Shown one piece after another: positions 25,314 to 36,182 of a stretch of 64,000 nucleotides of DNA. The position numbers were made by a program, and so were the translations under genes. The notes under the pieces are model-generated. The model saw only the letters and a list, made by a program, of their open reading frames with translations. It made no database searches and was not told the origin of the DNA. This stretch comes from Octopus bimaculoides (taxonomy: Eukaryota). The stretch covers positions 87,724,049 through 87,788,048 of the forward strand of contig NC_068981.1 in assembly GCF_001194135.2 (NCBI RefSeq), written 5' to 3'. Each line of letters starts with the position of its first letter. Position 1 is the first letter of the stretch.

Positions 25314-26088
25314 TTACATTCTTCTCCAGGTCATAGAGCCTTCTTTGTCATGTACATGTAAAGAATGCGACATATAAGCACATAATAAAGAGCAGGCCGT
25401 AATTCCTGTCTGTTTTTCGTGAGTGGAAAAATCCACTCTAACAGAGGCGAGAATAAAAACCGCTCTTGTTGAGTCGTGTTGACTATGGTTGGAGATGTTG
25501 GTAATACGTAGTTCGGTCTCCATGGCCGTATTTGTTCTTTAGTCGGGTTCACCAGTTATAAGTTGGTAGTCCAGAATTCATGCTGCGTTTTTTCTTTGTC
25601 GGGGTCACCACTTTAGTAGAAAGTGGGTTATTGCAGCTCAGCGGGCTGCGTGTTCGAATCACGTCGGGGGTCACCAGTATAGTAGAAAGTGGGTTATACA
25701 TCTTTAGATGTATACTTGACTTTCCTACTATAAAATTAAAGAATATAAAGGAACGCTGAACTCCAGACTATCAACTTAAACAACACTTTATTCAGGTGGT
25801 AAATATATACATCTTTAGTTCTTGTTGTTACAGCTTCTGTTGTGTATGAGCATAGTTGTTGAGACGTTGTTCTGTAGTTGTAAGCGAGCTGTCGAGTGTA
25901 AGTCCGAAAGATGTAGAGAGACAGCTTAACACGTAAAGAGACTGTCTCCAGGTTGGAGTATTAGAGACACTCTTGACACGTCCGTGCTCATGGTCGGCCG
26001 ACCGTAAAACAGAAAGATTAAAGCGGGAACGCTTGCTTGTTTAATTCCACGCATGCGTGAGACTACGCATGCGCACAGCGTTACTACA
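25314..26088 (-). mobile_element. LTR retrotransposon remnant (probably Gypsy-type): 5' LTR, tRNA-Trp PBS array and truncated internal sequence
   Basis: The minus strand begins TGTAGTAA at 26088 and ends ...TTCTACTATA at 25678, an imperfect terminal inverted repeat around an LTR of about 411 bp. AATAAA at 25792-25787. TGGTGACC-type PBS immediately follows. CpG-rich relative to the flanks. No second LTR is visible. Confidence 0.75.
25644..25676 (+). other. 3' half-fragment of mature tRNA-Trp including CCA (extended PBS; not a tRNA gene)
   Basis: GGCTGCGTGTTCGAATCACGTCGGGGGTCACCA matches the metazoan tRNA-Trp(CCA) 3' end as I recall it (GGCTGCGTGTTCGAATCACGTCGGGGTCA+CCA), with one extra G. The D-arm and anticodon arm are absent. 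Confidence 0.8.
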
Positions 26089-26339
26089 ATATAATTTGCA
26101 TAAAAGTTTGTGTTGCCGATATTATCCTTAGGATATGAGATTTCTTGAAACTTGTGGACATGGTTAAATCAGTATAATCTAGTATCTTCAGGTAATATTC
26201 TTGTGTTAGATTAAGAATTCAACCTGGAACCTTTATTTAACCACCAAGGTCTGATGTTCTAACCACTTAACGTCCTAAAGGACATTGTTGCCATTTCAAT
26301 TTAAGTTGGGTTTTTTTCTTTTCCGAGGAGATAAAGGAA

Positions 26340-26940
26340 TATGCCTACTTGGGGCACATAATAAATATGTACCATGATATGGATGCTGAAATCTCAAGAA
26401 TAAGGGCAAGACAGTAGGTCTTTACCTCAATAAAAGATGTGCTCAAACCAAAACTGGACAAGACCCTATGTACCAGTCTCTTAAATGGCACCATCCTAAG
26501 TGTGTTTTTATATGCAAGTGAGAATTGGAACATACGAAACGGAAAGGACATTGACTACAATACAAAGGGCCATGGAAATTTCTATGCTGGGAATATCAAT
26601 GTGAGAACAAACCCAAAATAAGGTGATTCAAGAACATCAGAGTGAACAACATAATCACAAAATATCAGAAGTACAAGTTCTTCTGGGCTGGACATGTTGC
26701 AAGGTTCACAGACAACAGGTGGAACTGTGCAGTTGCTGGGTGGTATCCAAGAGATCAGAAAATGCCACTTGGAAGGCTTTCACAACAGTGAGAAGAGGAT
26801 TTAGTAAAAGAATTAGGGCCAAGATGAAAAAGAAGGGCACAATCAAAAAGGAATTGGAAGTGCACCATGACCAACAGTTGTTAGTGACGATAGTCTGGTT
26901 AACACGATATGAAAATGGGGTAATTGACACAATCTGGCAA
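26340..26940 (+). mobile_element. RTE-clade LINE, C-terminal fragment
   Basis: LLNGTILSVFLYASENW matches the LYASETW motif. A frameshifted FFWAGHVARFTDNRW...WYPR...PLGR follows. Confidence 0.8.
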
Positions 26941-27639
26941 GCAGAAATAGCTAATAATGCAGATGGACTAACTCACTGCATCACTGCGGTCCACTTATCT
27001 AACTCACTCTTTACCAATTTATCTCCTTCTCCTTCACACTAATCTTTGACTTTCTCTTCCCTCTATCTCCATTACGCCCACCCCAACACTTGCTTAGCCC
27101 TAGGTCAACCCTAATCCTGAAAACCTATGATCAAAAGCATTCCATTTGTGACAATCCTATTATTCACTGTTTCTGGAATTACATTTTGTGTGTTCTTCCT
27201 ATTTCAAAATGGTATTTGAAGGAGAGAAGGCAACTATTTTTAGTAGATTGAGCAACTGTGTACAGACCCCTCCTTGGTTATTAGTTATCTGTAAGTATAA
27301 AGCTGGAATTTAATACTGTGTAATTAGTGAGGTTAATGAGTTAGCAAAAGATGTGATATATCTCATGAAAATGGAATTCAATGAACACTGAGAACTGTTT
27401 ATATGGTTTGTTTTAACTAAGTAATTTCTGTTACACAGATGTTACAATTTGTGATGAATGTTGTGGTAGTACTAGTATGTTGATTAAGCTATAAGTAAGG
27501 TAATACATGTATAAGAAACCTGATACATAGCAATAAATTCAGTGATTGAAATAGAACAAATTAAGCGTGTTCCTTTGAATATGTAAATTTTGAGTTATCT
27601 TTTGTGAAAGGTTGTGTGCAAAGTAGCTGTGTAGCAAAA

Positions 27640-27895
27640 TCATTGGATCTATGCAGTGGTTTGGATCTGCGATCATGATATATGGTTAATTCACATTACT
27701 CTGAATGAGCATAGAGCCAGTTTCTCTGGATGGGACGTCAAAGAAATCCTCTTTTTTTACCAGCTGTGTGGAGTGGAGCAATGTGCAAAGTGTTTTGCTC
27801 AAGAACACAATGCATTGCCCAGTCCAGGAATTGAAATCACCATCTTATGATCATGAGTCCAACACTGTAATCGCTACACCATGCGCCTCCCCACT
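27640..27895 (-). mobile_element. tRNA-derived SINE, family C, degenerate (related + strand copy at about 28545-28790)
   Basis: tRNA-like head on the minus strand and the shared core ...gtgttcttgagcaaaacactt...ccactccac/ccactcagctg. Confidence 0.55.
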
Positions 27896-30800
27896 GCTCA
27901 GTATTAAAAGTCATTTCATTCATGGCTAGAAGGAACCTAACTGACAAACAACATAGAATTGGAATTCACTCAGTGACTTAGCTAGGCAGAGTTTGATTCT
28001 TTTCAATAACATCTAGCATGAGACTTTTTCTATAAATGCTTATTCTGATGGTTAAGTTTCAGGAAGAAGTGCATCACCCATAATCCATATCAGGGCATTT
28101 GTAATGATGGAAGTATCCTCAGACTGGAGACATGACCTGAATGCTTGGAACAAAGTGAACTCTACCAAATCTGTCTAAAGGCCAGTAATAGTGTTAAACC
28201 AAATGACAGATGATTAAGTCTATCACCCAAAATTACTCCTATTACACATACATAATCAGTGAAAGGTCATTAGAATCTATAAACCGTAATATCTGTAGAG
28301 AATGTGAAGATCTTATGAATGTATTCTTCATGAATTGGGAGGATATATAGTATTGTAGATTTTTGTTCTTGATATGTCTGTCTTACTGCTGGATTACTGT
28401 ATTGCCATTTCAGGACAATTTGAGATCTCTGTTCATTAAAGTTGTGAGTAAAAGGACAGGGGAAGTGAAGAGTGATATTATCCACATGAAAGTTTTGAGT
28501 TTTGTATGTGGTTAAAGGTAATAATGAACATGTCATCACTGTAGAGGTGAAGGTGCATGACTTAGTGGTCAGGGAGTTGCAGTCACAATATTATGATTTC
28601 CATTCCCAGATTGAGTGGTGCATTGTGTTCTAGAGCAAAACACTTCATTTCAAGTTTCTCCGGTCCACTCAGCTGTAAATGAGTTACCCTGTGACAGACT
28701 GGCATCCCATTCAGGAGAAATATGATCTCAGTCTCTTATACTCCATAGAAACCAGGTAACCAGCCCTTTGAGTCCTAGAACTTGAGACAGTTCTTATGTA
28801 AAAAGGAAAGAGTGCAGGAAAAATAACTGAAGTCTGAGATGCAGGAAAAGTTGAAACATGTTGACACATTGCTATAAAAAGTGGTTGTCAGTAAACTTCA
28901 AATCCAAGAGATGAACAAGTAGCTTTGCTGGAAGATTACACTGCGTAACACAATTTTTGTCTTTGAGTAGCAACTCTTGTTGTCCTCCTATTTGTTTATC
29001 CCTAGAAAGTATGAAAAATGGCTAATATTTCCTTCAAACTTTGCTTTTGTTATATTTATTCAAACGCCAAAGAATCCTATTAATGATCTGTAGGGACACT
29101 GTATTTCATTATGCAACCATAATATACTACATAATATATTAAATATTTTTATATGTCAATACCATGCTCTACTGCTTTAGCAGTATTATTATATCACCTG
29201 TTAAGGTTAGGTTATCTCTACAGATTTTCTATAGAAATTATAGCCAGTACAAAATCAGTGCTGGCTATAATTTCTGTAGAAATATCTAAAGAATCCCTCT
29301 CAGCACATGACTACTCCTACTCATGATCAGAAATGCACATATTGTCAGCCACTAAAGGGCATGCTCAAGTGGTTAGGGTCAAGCAACTGACAAGCAAACC
29401 TGTGGTACAGAGTAGAATATTTGCTATAACAATATTTCTACTTCAGCAACTCAGTACTAAATCTGTCTGAAATGTAATGGAAAATGGATCAGTTTCAAAA
29501 TATTGATGTCCAGGTCACAAAAGCAAAGTTTGAAGGGAATAGTAGTCATTTCCTTTGATTTCTAGATAGAAGCAAATAGGAAATAACACTTATTGACCAA
29601 AGACAAAAGAATAAAAATTTTATTACCCAGTGTTATTGGCTGAAAGTTTTACTAACATTAAGGATAAAAATTTCACTTTTAACATTTTCCACAATAAGTG
29701 AAATGAGTGTACCAGGAAAAAACACTTGTTTCCATAAAAACTATATTGTGGTCACTGAAGAAGTAAAGAGATTCAAGGTTATAAAGAAGGTGACCTCATT
29801 AGTGTTGATGGTATGAAAAAAGCATCCAGTATATGCTGTAAAAGACATCCCGCTGTAGAAACCACACAATGCAGTCCTTGGAGCCGTTGATTCCTGTCAA
29901 CCTATCCAACCCAGGCTACCATGGAACATCATCATCATTATCATTTATCATCCATTTTTCATGTTAGCATGGGCTGGATGGTTTGACAGGAGCTGGCCAG
30001 CTGGGAACTGTCCAGACTCCATGTCAGTTCTGGCATGGTTTCTACAGCTGGATGTCCTTCCTAACATCAACCACTTTACAGAATGTACTGAGTTCCTTTA
30101 TGTGACACTGACATGGGCACTTTTATGTGCATGGGTGCTTTTTACATGGCACCAGCACTCATGAGTCCACAAGATTAGGATCATTCAGCTGATGAGGAAT
30201 GTAGGGGACAAGCCTATATGCAAGGACAGCCACAATTTTACTTAACTTGATGTGTCTTCTCAAACATAGCAAGCTGCCAGAAGTCTTACTCCCTTGTCAT
30301 TCCCTCTGTGAGGCCCAACAACTGAAAATCCTTTCTCACCACTTCATCCCACATCTTCCTGAGTCTACCCCTTCCACAGATTCCCTCCACAATTAGAGTT
30401 TGGCACTTCTTGATACAGCTGTCCTCATCAATATGGACATTAAATGATGATATATATATATATATATATATATATATCATCATCATCGTTTAACATCTGC
30501 TTTCCATGCTAGCATGGGTTGGATGATTTGATTGAGGACTGGTGGACCAGGTGACAAACTTCTTTCAGTTTCTGTCTACCACATCCACTCACAAGCCTTT
30601 GCTTGACCCAAGACTGTAGTAGAAGGCACTTGCTCAAGGTACTACACAGTGGAAATGAAGCTGAAACCAAGTAGTTGGGAAGCAAACTTCATAACTACAT
30701 GACCATGACTGCTTGTGGTAAAATATAAACTTAAGACTAACTGACTAAAAAGCCCAGTTATGAGTGTTGATTTATTTCAGAAGGGCACCATACCACATTT

Positions 30801-32835
30801 TATAAAGTAGGTATGTAACTGATTGAATCAATTTAGTACATTTCTGAGCAGAAATAAAATCAACTCCAAACATATATGGGTGAATCTAAATAGTGATTTC
30901 AAATTTTGGCACAAGGCCAGTATTTTGGCGGAGGGAGTAAGCTGTTTACATTGACCCCCAAGTACTCGACTGGTACTTATTTTATCAACCCTGAAAGGAT
31001 GAAAGGTAAAGTTGAGCTCAGAACATAAAACAGACAAGATGCCACTAAGCATTTTGCTAGGTATGGTAACGATTCTGCCAGCTCACCACCTTAATGAATC
31101 TAAATATTGCAGGACATTTAATTCTTTGCCTGCATAATTAAATTTCATGGTCAATCCTATGATAATGTTAACTATCCACCAAAAAACAAAAAGGAAAGTT
31201 TCTGTTTCTGCATTTCCTGTAGTACAGTTTCCATATCCACCAAAAACGTATTTGATCCTTGCTCTATAAGAGACATTTGGTGAAATATGGGAAAAAAATT
31301 AAGAAAATCTGAAAAATTGTCTTTTGTATAACGTGTCCAAAGGAGTGTTGCTGCTTCTTGCAGCATAAGAAGCTATTCAAAGCCATTAGGTAAAACTGTT
31401 TTCTGCAATTAAAAGTAACTTTCCACATACAAAGGGTCAAATAATTTTTGATATTAAAAAGGCTGATAATGTTCTATGATTGTTGGAATTTCTATTACAT
31501 AAAAAAATTATGTGAAAAGTGTTCTATTCTATGCAAATGCATTTTGCAAATGTAAGAGTTAGGAGACATGGAGTCAACTTTGCTTTTCCCTGGTTCAATA
31601 GTATACCTTCTATACCTATTGCCCTTACAAAAATTGATATATTATCTAATGGGATACAAGCATGGCTGTGATTAAGAAATCAACTTCACAATAACAAGGT
31701 TCTGGGTTCAATCCCACTTAAGAGTAGAATTTCTTAAACAGAAAATGTATGGAAGCCCATTATATACCATCATACTTTTATGTCTTACATGCTTGCATGA
31801 ATTGGGTAGGTTGTCTTGGTCCAAGTCAGTTCTTGTTTGAAGTTACTGCTCTCCTGGGAAGGTCTCATTTCCTTTTTTGCAGGGTTCCTACATCTGGGTG
31901 CCCTTCCTGAAGACAACTATTTTACAAAGTGTATTGGGTGGATTTTATTGAGATACCAGCACTAGTAAGTATGTTTTGACTCAACACTGTGTTGTCTCAG
32001 GAACATGATCTATAGAGTGAATAAAAGAGTGGAGTGTAGTGGTTGTGGGGCTTATTGTTACTCAACTTTTTCTTTCTATTGAGTGTATCTGGAGGGTCTG
32101 CATTAGCTTCCTGTATTCCTACAGCCTCAATTATTTGTTATAATGTTGGGTCTTTTGGATGTGTGGAAAGAAAATTTGATATTTTTTTTATTGATTCATG
32201 ATGATTCTGTATAGCAAGTTGATAGAGTAGAGATGTTTGCTTCTTTTCAATGTATTCCTGTCACATTAGACACATGGAAGAGCAATGCAAAGACACCATT
32301 ACAAACTATATTAGAGAAAGGTCCCACATTGTAGGTGAAAGGATCACAGAACACTAGCAAATATTTTTTATCCAGCCCACCAGCTCACTGTTTTTCTATA
32401 TCAGTAGAAGTGACATTTGTCTGAGCATGTAGCTGATGGTGAATATTTTTTACCGATGTCATGCAAGTACGCAGAAATCCTGTCAGACACCTTCCATCTG
32501 CTACTGATATGCTTCTGTGTTTTTTAGCACTATACATCTATATGGATTGCTTTCTCCAAACAAATACCACAATATTATGGCTTTCTTACAGTATATCCAT
32601 GTTAAGTAAGATATATTTACACACACACACACACACATATATATATTTATATTTTTATATATTATATATGTAAAGCATAATATGTTATACATGTATGAAT
32701 ATTGTTATGATTGTCGTTTTAAAAAATTAAAAAATAGACATAATATAATGTCTAAAAGTTGCTTGATCCCATCCTACCACCTGTCTTTGTCTGTTGTTTT
32801 TTCGTAAATTCTCCCATATATATATATATATATAT

Positions 32836-33048
32836 CTGTAAAAATATGTGACACTTATTCAGTAGCCATGATAAAACTCCGAGTTTCGGATACCAGGGTG
32901 GGAGCCCACGCCAACATTTCTTCAGTTATCCGGCCAATTGAAAATTCCTGTCGGATAACTGAAAAGATGTTGGCGTGGGCTCCCACCCTGGCATCCAAAA
33001 CTCGGAGTTTTATCATGGCTACTGAATAAGTGTCACATATTTTTACAG
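32836..33048. mobile_element. Foldback element (97-bp arms, 19-bp spacer) in (TA)n, with a hammerhead-like fold
   Basis: Arms 32836-32932 and 32952-33048 are reverse complements with 4 mismatches. Confidence 0.8.
32870..32931 (-). ncRNA. Type-I hammerhead ribozyme candidate
   Basis: GATAA-CUGAAGA-[stem II, partly wobble-paired, capped by GUGGG-CU-CCCAC]-GAAAC-UCGGA-GUU-UUAUC, with a 5-bp stem I. Confidence 0.55.
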
Positions 33049-33065
33049 ATATATATATATATATA

Positions 33066-33455
33066 NNNNNNNNNNNNNNNNNNNNNNNNNNNNNNNNNNN
33101 NNNNNNNNNNNNNNNNNNNNNNNNNNNNNNNNNNNNNNNNNNNNNNNNNNNNNNNNNNNNNNNNNNNNNNNNNNNNNNNNNNNNNNNNNNNNNNNNNNNN
33201 NNNNNNNNNNNNNNNNNNNNNNNNNNNNNNNNNNNNNNNNNNNNNNNNNNNNNNNNNNNNNNNNNNNNNNNNNNNNNNNNNNNNNNNNNNNNNNNNNNNN
33301 NNNNNNNNNNNNNNNNNNNNNNNNNNNNNNNNNNNNNNNNNNNNNNNNNNNNNNNNNNNNNNNNNNNNNNNNNNNNNNNNNNNNNNNNNNNNNNNNNNNN
33401 NNNNNNNNNNNNNNNNNNNNNNNNNNNNNNNNNNNNNNNNNNNNNNNNNNNNNNN
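33066..33455. other. Assembly gap (others at 7147-7156, 51167-51348 and 52880-52889)
   Basis: Runs of N. Confidence 1.
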
Positions 33456-33697
33456 GGTGGCACATAAAAGACACCATTTCGAGCGTGGCCGTTTTCGTGC
33501 GGGTGACACGTAAAAGCACCCACTATACTCTCTGAGTGGTTGGCGTTAGGAAGGGCATCCAGCTGTAGAAACTCTGCCAAATCAGACTGGAGCCTGGTGT
33601 TGCCATCCGGTTTCACCAGTCCTCAGTCAAATCGTCCAACCCATGCTAGCATGGAAAGCAGACGTTAAACGATGATGATGATGATGATGATGATGAT
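33456..33697 (+). mobile_element. (GAT)n-tailed SINE-like repeat, family B
   Basis: Reverse complement of the 9947-10360 and 63712-64000 copies. Ends ttaaacgatgatgatg... and then (TA)n. Confidence 0.8.
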
Positions 33698-34077
33698 ATA
33701 TATATAGTTTGTAAAAAACATAAATCTGAAAGAAGACACACACTCTAAGATGTAGAGCAGTATATATTAAAAAATGGAGAAGGCCAGTTTATGGGATTAC
33801 CTTAGGTATCCCAACCTTTGAGTAGTGATGCATTTCCCCCTCTATATTTTTTAGAGGTCATTGGCCAACAGGACCTTTGAGTAGTGAAGCATTTCCCCCT
33901 CCACATTTTTAAGAGGTCATGGGCCAACAGGTTTTTGGGATTCGACAATATGCCATGAAGTTAAACCCTTTATGGATGAGAAACCTAAGGTAATTCCATA
34001 AACCAGCCTTCCCCATTTTTAATATATATATATATATATAAGAATTTAAGGATTGGAGAAAACGCATGTTATAATTG

Positions 34078-34176
34078 CATACTTTATTCCTACATATGTT
34101 TCAAAGGATTACAACCTGTGTGATCCATAGGGATCTTTGATATTAAAATTGTAACCTTCTCATCAGGGAAAGCATG
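34078..34176 (-). ncRNA. Type-I hammerhead ribozyme, intact core (mirror copy)
   Basis: Exact reverse-complement copy of 34250-34348 within the left arm. Confidence 0.75.
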
Positions 34177-34249
34177 GGAATCAAGTCATAACCTTATCCA
34201 TCTATTGTTTTCATAATCGGTCATAATGTCTTACGTTTAAGATGATTCC

Positions 34250-34348
34250 CATGCTTTCCCTGATGAGAAGGTTACAATTTTAATATCAAAGATCCCTATG
34301 GATCACACAGGTTGTAATCCTTTGAAACATATGTAGGAATAAAGTATG
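34250..34348 (+). ncRNA. Type-I hammerhead ribozyme, intact core
   Basis: Stem I is UUCC/GGAA plus CAUGCU/AGUAUG around a UAA bulge. CUGAUGA at 34260-34266. Stem II has 11 bp with a 1-nt bulge. GAAAC at 34324-34328. Short palindromic stem III ACAUAUGU. Predicted cleavage after GUA (34335). Confidence 0.75.
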
Positions 34349-34564
34349 CAATTATAACATGCGTTTTCTCCAATCCTTAAATTCTTAAATATACTCAAAT
34401 ACCCAAAATTTCAAGGAGTTCCTGCCTTAAAAACAGGAGCTAACCACAGTTATTTTGTGTTCTTTGCTACATTGGTTTCTATTAACCCATTTATTCTATC
34501 AGAAGAATTTTTATTCATTAAGATAGAATAAATACACATAATTATATATATATATATATATAAT

Positions 34565-34775
34565 GGCTTCAAATTTTGATACAAGGTCAGCAATCTAGGG
34601 GAGGGGTAAGTTGATTACATTGATCCTAGTACTCAACTGATACCTATTTTATCAACTCCGAAAGGATGAAAGGCAAAGTTGACCTTGGCGGAATTCGAAC
34701 TCAGAATGTAAAGACAGACAAAATGTTACTAAGCATCTAGCCTAGCGTGCTTACACTTCTGCCAGTTTGGCACCT
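34565..34775 (-). mobile_element. tRNA-derived SINE, family D
   Basis: tRNA-like head with B-box-like GAGTTCGAATTCC and core ggtcaactttgcctttcatcctttcgg...gataaaata. Related copies at about 1195-1290 and 30890-31090. Confidence 0.7.
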
Positions 34776-35268
34776 TTGAGTAAGAGATATATAATGAAAG
34801 AAATAAAATAACCAGTTTCTATTAACATGCTACACAGAGCCACAGTGGATTGATAAAACAATTTGAAGGAAAAATTCTATCCAGTCATCAAAAAGATGCA
34901 ACATTATAACAGACAAAGAGGCTGTACAAACACAGAAAGCATATTCTAACTCACCAACCCATCACATGTGCTCAAGAGAAAGAATGAATGGAATAACAAC
35001 ACCCACCACCAGTCATACGAGAATAAAGACGTAATGAAATTAAAACCAACTAAACTCAACTACTACCATGTGCACACGACAAGAAAACATGTAAATGTGT
35101 AAATAAAATGGAACCAGTACAGTAACAGAACAGAGATGGGATATAATAGTACAACAACCAAAAGAAATCATATGGAGAATTTAAACCCATCAGAAGGTCA
35201 TTGGGCAAATGTGATAAAGTGACTCTTACAAAATATAATGTACGTACGTATGTATGTATGTATGTGTC

Positions 35269-35895
35269 TATAATTTAAACATAGTGCAGAGTAATTATAG
35301 TAAATAGATAAAGGCTCTTACAGCTGTTTCTAGAATAGCTAAGCATCAGAGAGAGAGAGAGAGAGAATATCCTTCGTTAAGGATATTAGTAGTTACCAGT
35401 TCAAAGAAAAACTATGGCATATCTGAGGAGAGATAATAGTGGTTGGTAGTTCCATGACTGAAAAATTAATGAAATCCTTAGTAAAAGATGATATCAGTTA
35501 GCAGTTCCATTGTTGAAGTATCAAAGAAAATCTAAAGTAACAGGTAATAGAAGTTACTAGTTTTGTCTTTGAAGGGAAAATGAGGTAGATTTTCCTTGAT
35601 ACTTCAACAATGGAACTGCTAACAGATATTATCTTTTACTAAAGATTTCATTGATTCTTTGGTCATGGAATTACTAACCACTATTATCTTTCTATTTAGT
35701 TTTTCAATGAACTGGTAACTACTAATAACATTAATTAAGGATATTCTTTACTTATTTCTCTCTCTCCAATGACAGAATAGTTAGCTTTCATGGAAATCCT
35801 TGCTCAATAGCATATGCTCCACATGCTATTCTTGAAACAGATGTAAGAAACTTTACCTATTTACTATAACTATGGTGTACTACGTTTAAATTATA
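35269..35895. mobile_element. Large degenerate foldback element (arms about 35269-35534 and 35586-35895)
   Basis: The arms are imperfect reverse complements with indels. The outer parts carry GAAACAGCTGTAAGA / GAAACAGATGTAAGA hammerhead-like halves. Confidence 0.7.
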
Positions 35896-36098
35896 AATTA
35901 GATGCTCTAAAGTGATACCACATGTTTTGCTTGTTTATTCTCTATTTCTAATATGTGTGTGTGTGTGTGTGAGTGTATAGTCAATTCAATGAACAGACAA
36001 TTCAAAGAACAAATAAAAAAACGAAAGAAAAAAGAGAAAAATGAATATGAGGACATGCACAAGAATTATTAGTGTGATGCTCAGTAAAACGAGAAAGT

Positions 36099-36133
36099 TT
36101 TTAATGTTTCGAGCATAGCTCTTCGTCAGAAAG
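36099..36133 (-). ncRNA. Minimal type-I hammerhead ribozyme candidate (Penelope-like)
   Basis: CUUU-CUGACGA-A-GAGC(UAU)GCUC-GAAAC-AUU-AAAA. The core is intact. Same family as 167-202. Confidence 0.55.
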
Positions 36134-36182
36134 GAGAAAAAGGAAAGTCCAAAGAAAGAGAAGGAAAATCACCAGGGGCCCA

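Larger units (their letters stand above)
34039..34387. mobile_element. Perfect foldback element (145-bp arms, 59-bp spacer), Penelope-like terminal-repeat type
   Basis: 34039-34183 is the exact reverse complement of 34243-34387. It abuts a (TA)n tract, and each arm carries a hammerhead motif. Confidence 0.85.

Noticed and set aside
25314-25552. ORFs 25314-25523 and 25331-25552 as a gag protein
   Set aside because: The position after the PBS fits gag, but I recognise no convincing motif and the frames are short and truncated.
25620-25680. tRNA-Trp gene
   Set aside because: Only the 3' half is present and CCA is encoded. There is no D-arm or anticodon arm.
25542-25697. CRISPR-like reading of the PBS array
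   Set aside because: The sequence is eukaryotic, there are no cas genes, there are only three units, and the repeat is tRNA-derived next to an LTR. It is reported as a PBS array instead.
32855-33616. Long ORFs of 145-253 aa
   Set aside because: They read through a 390-nt N gap and repeat sequence.
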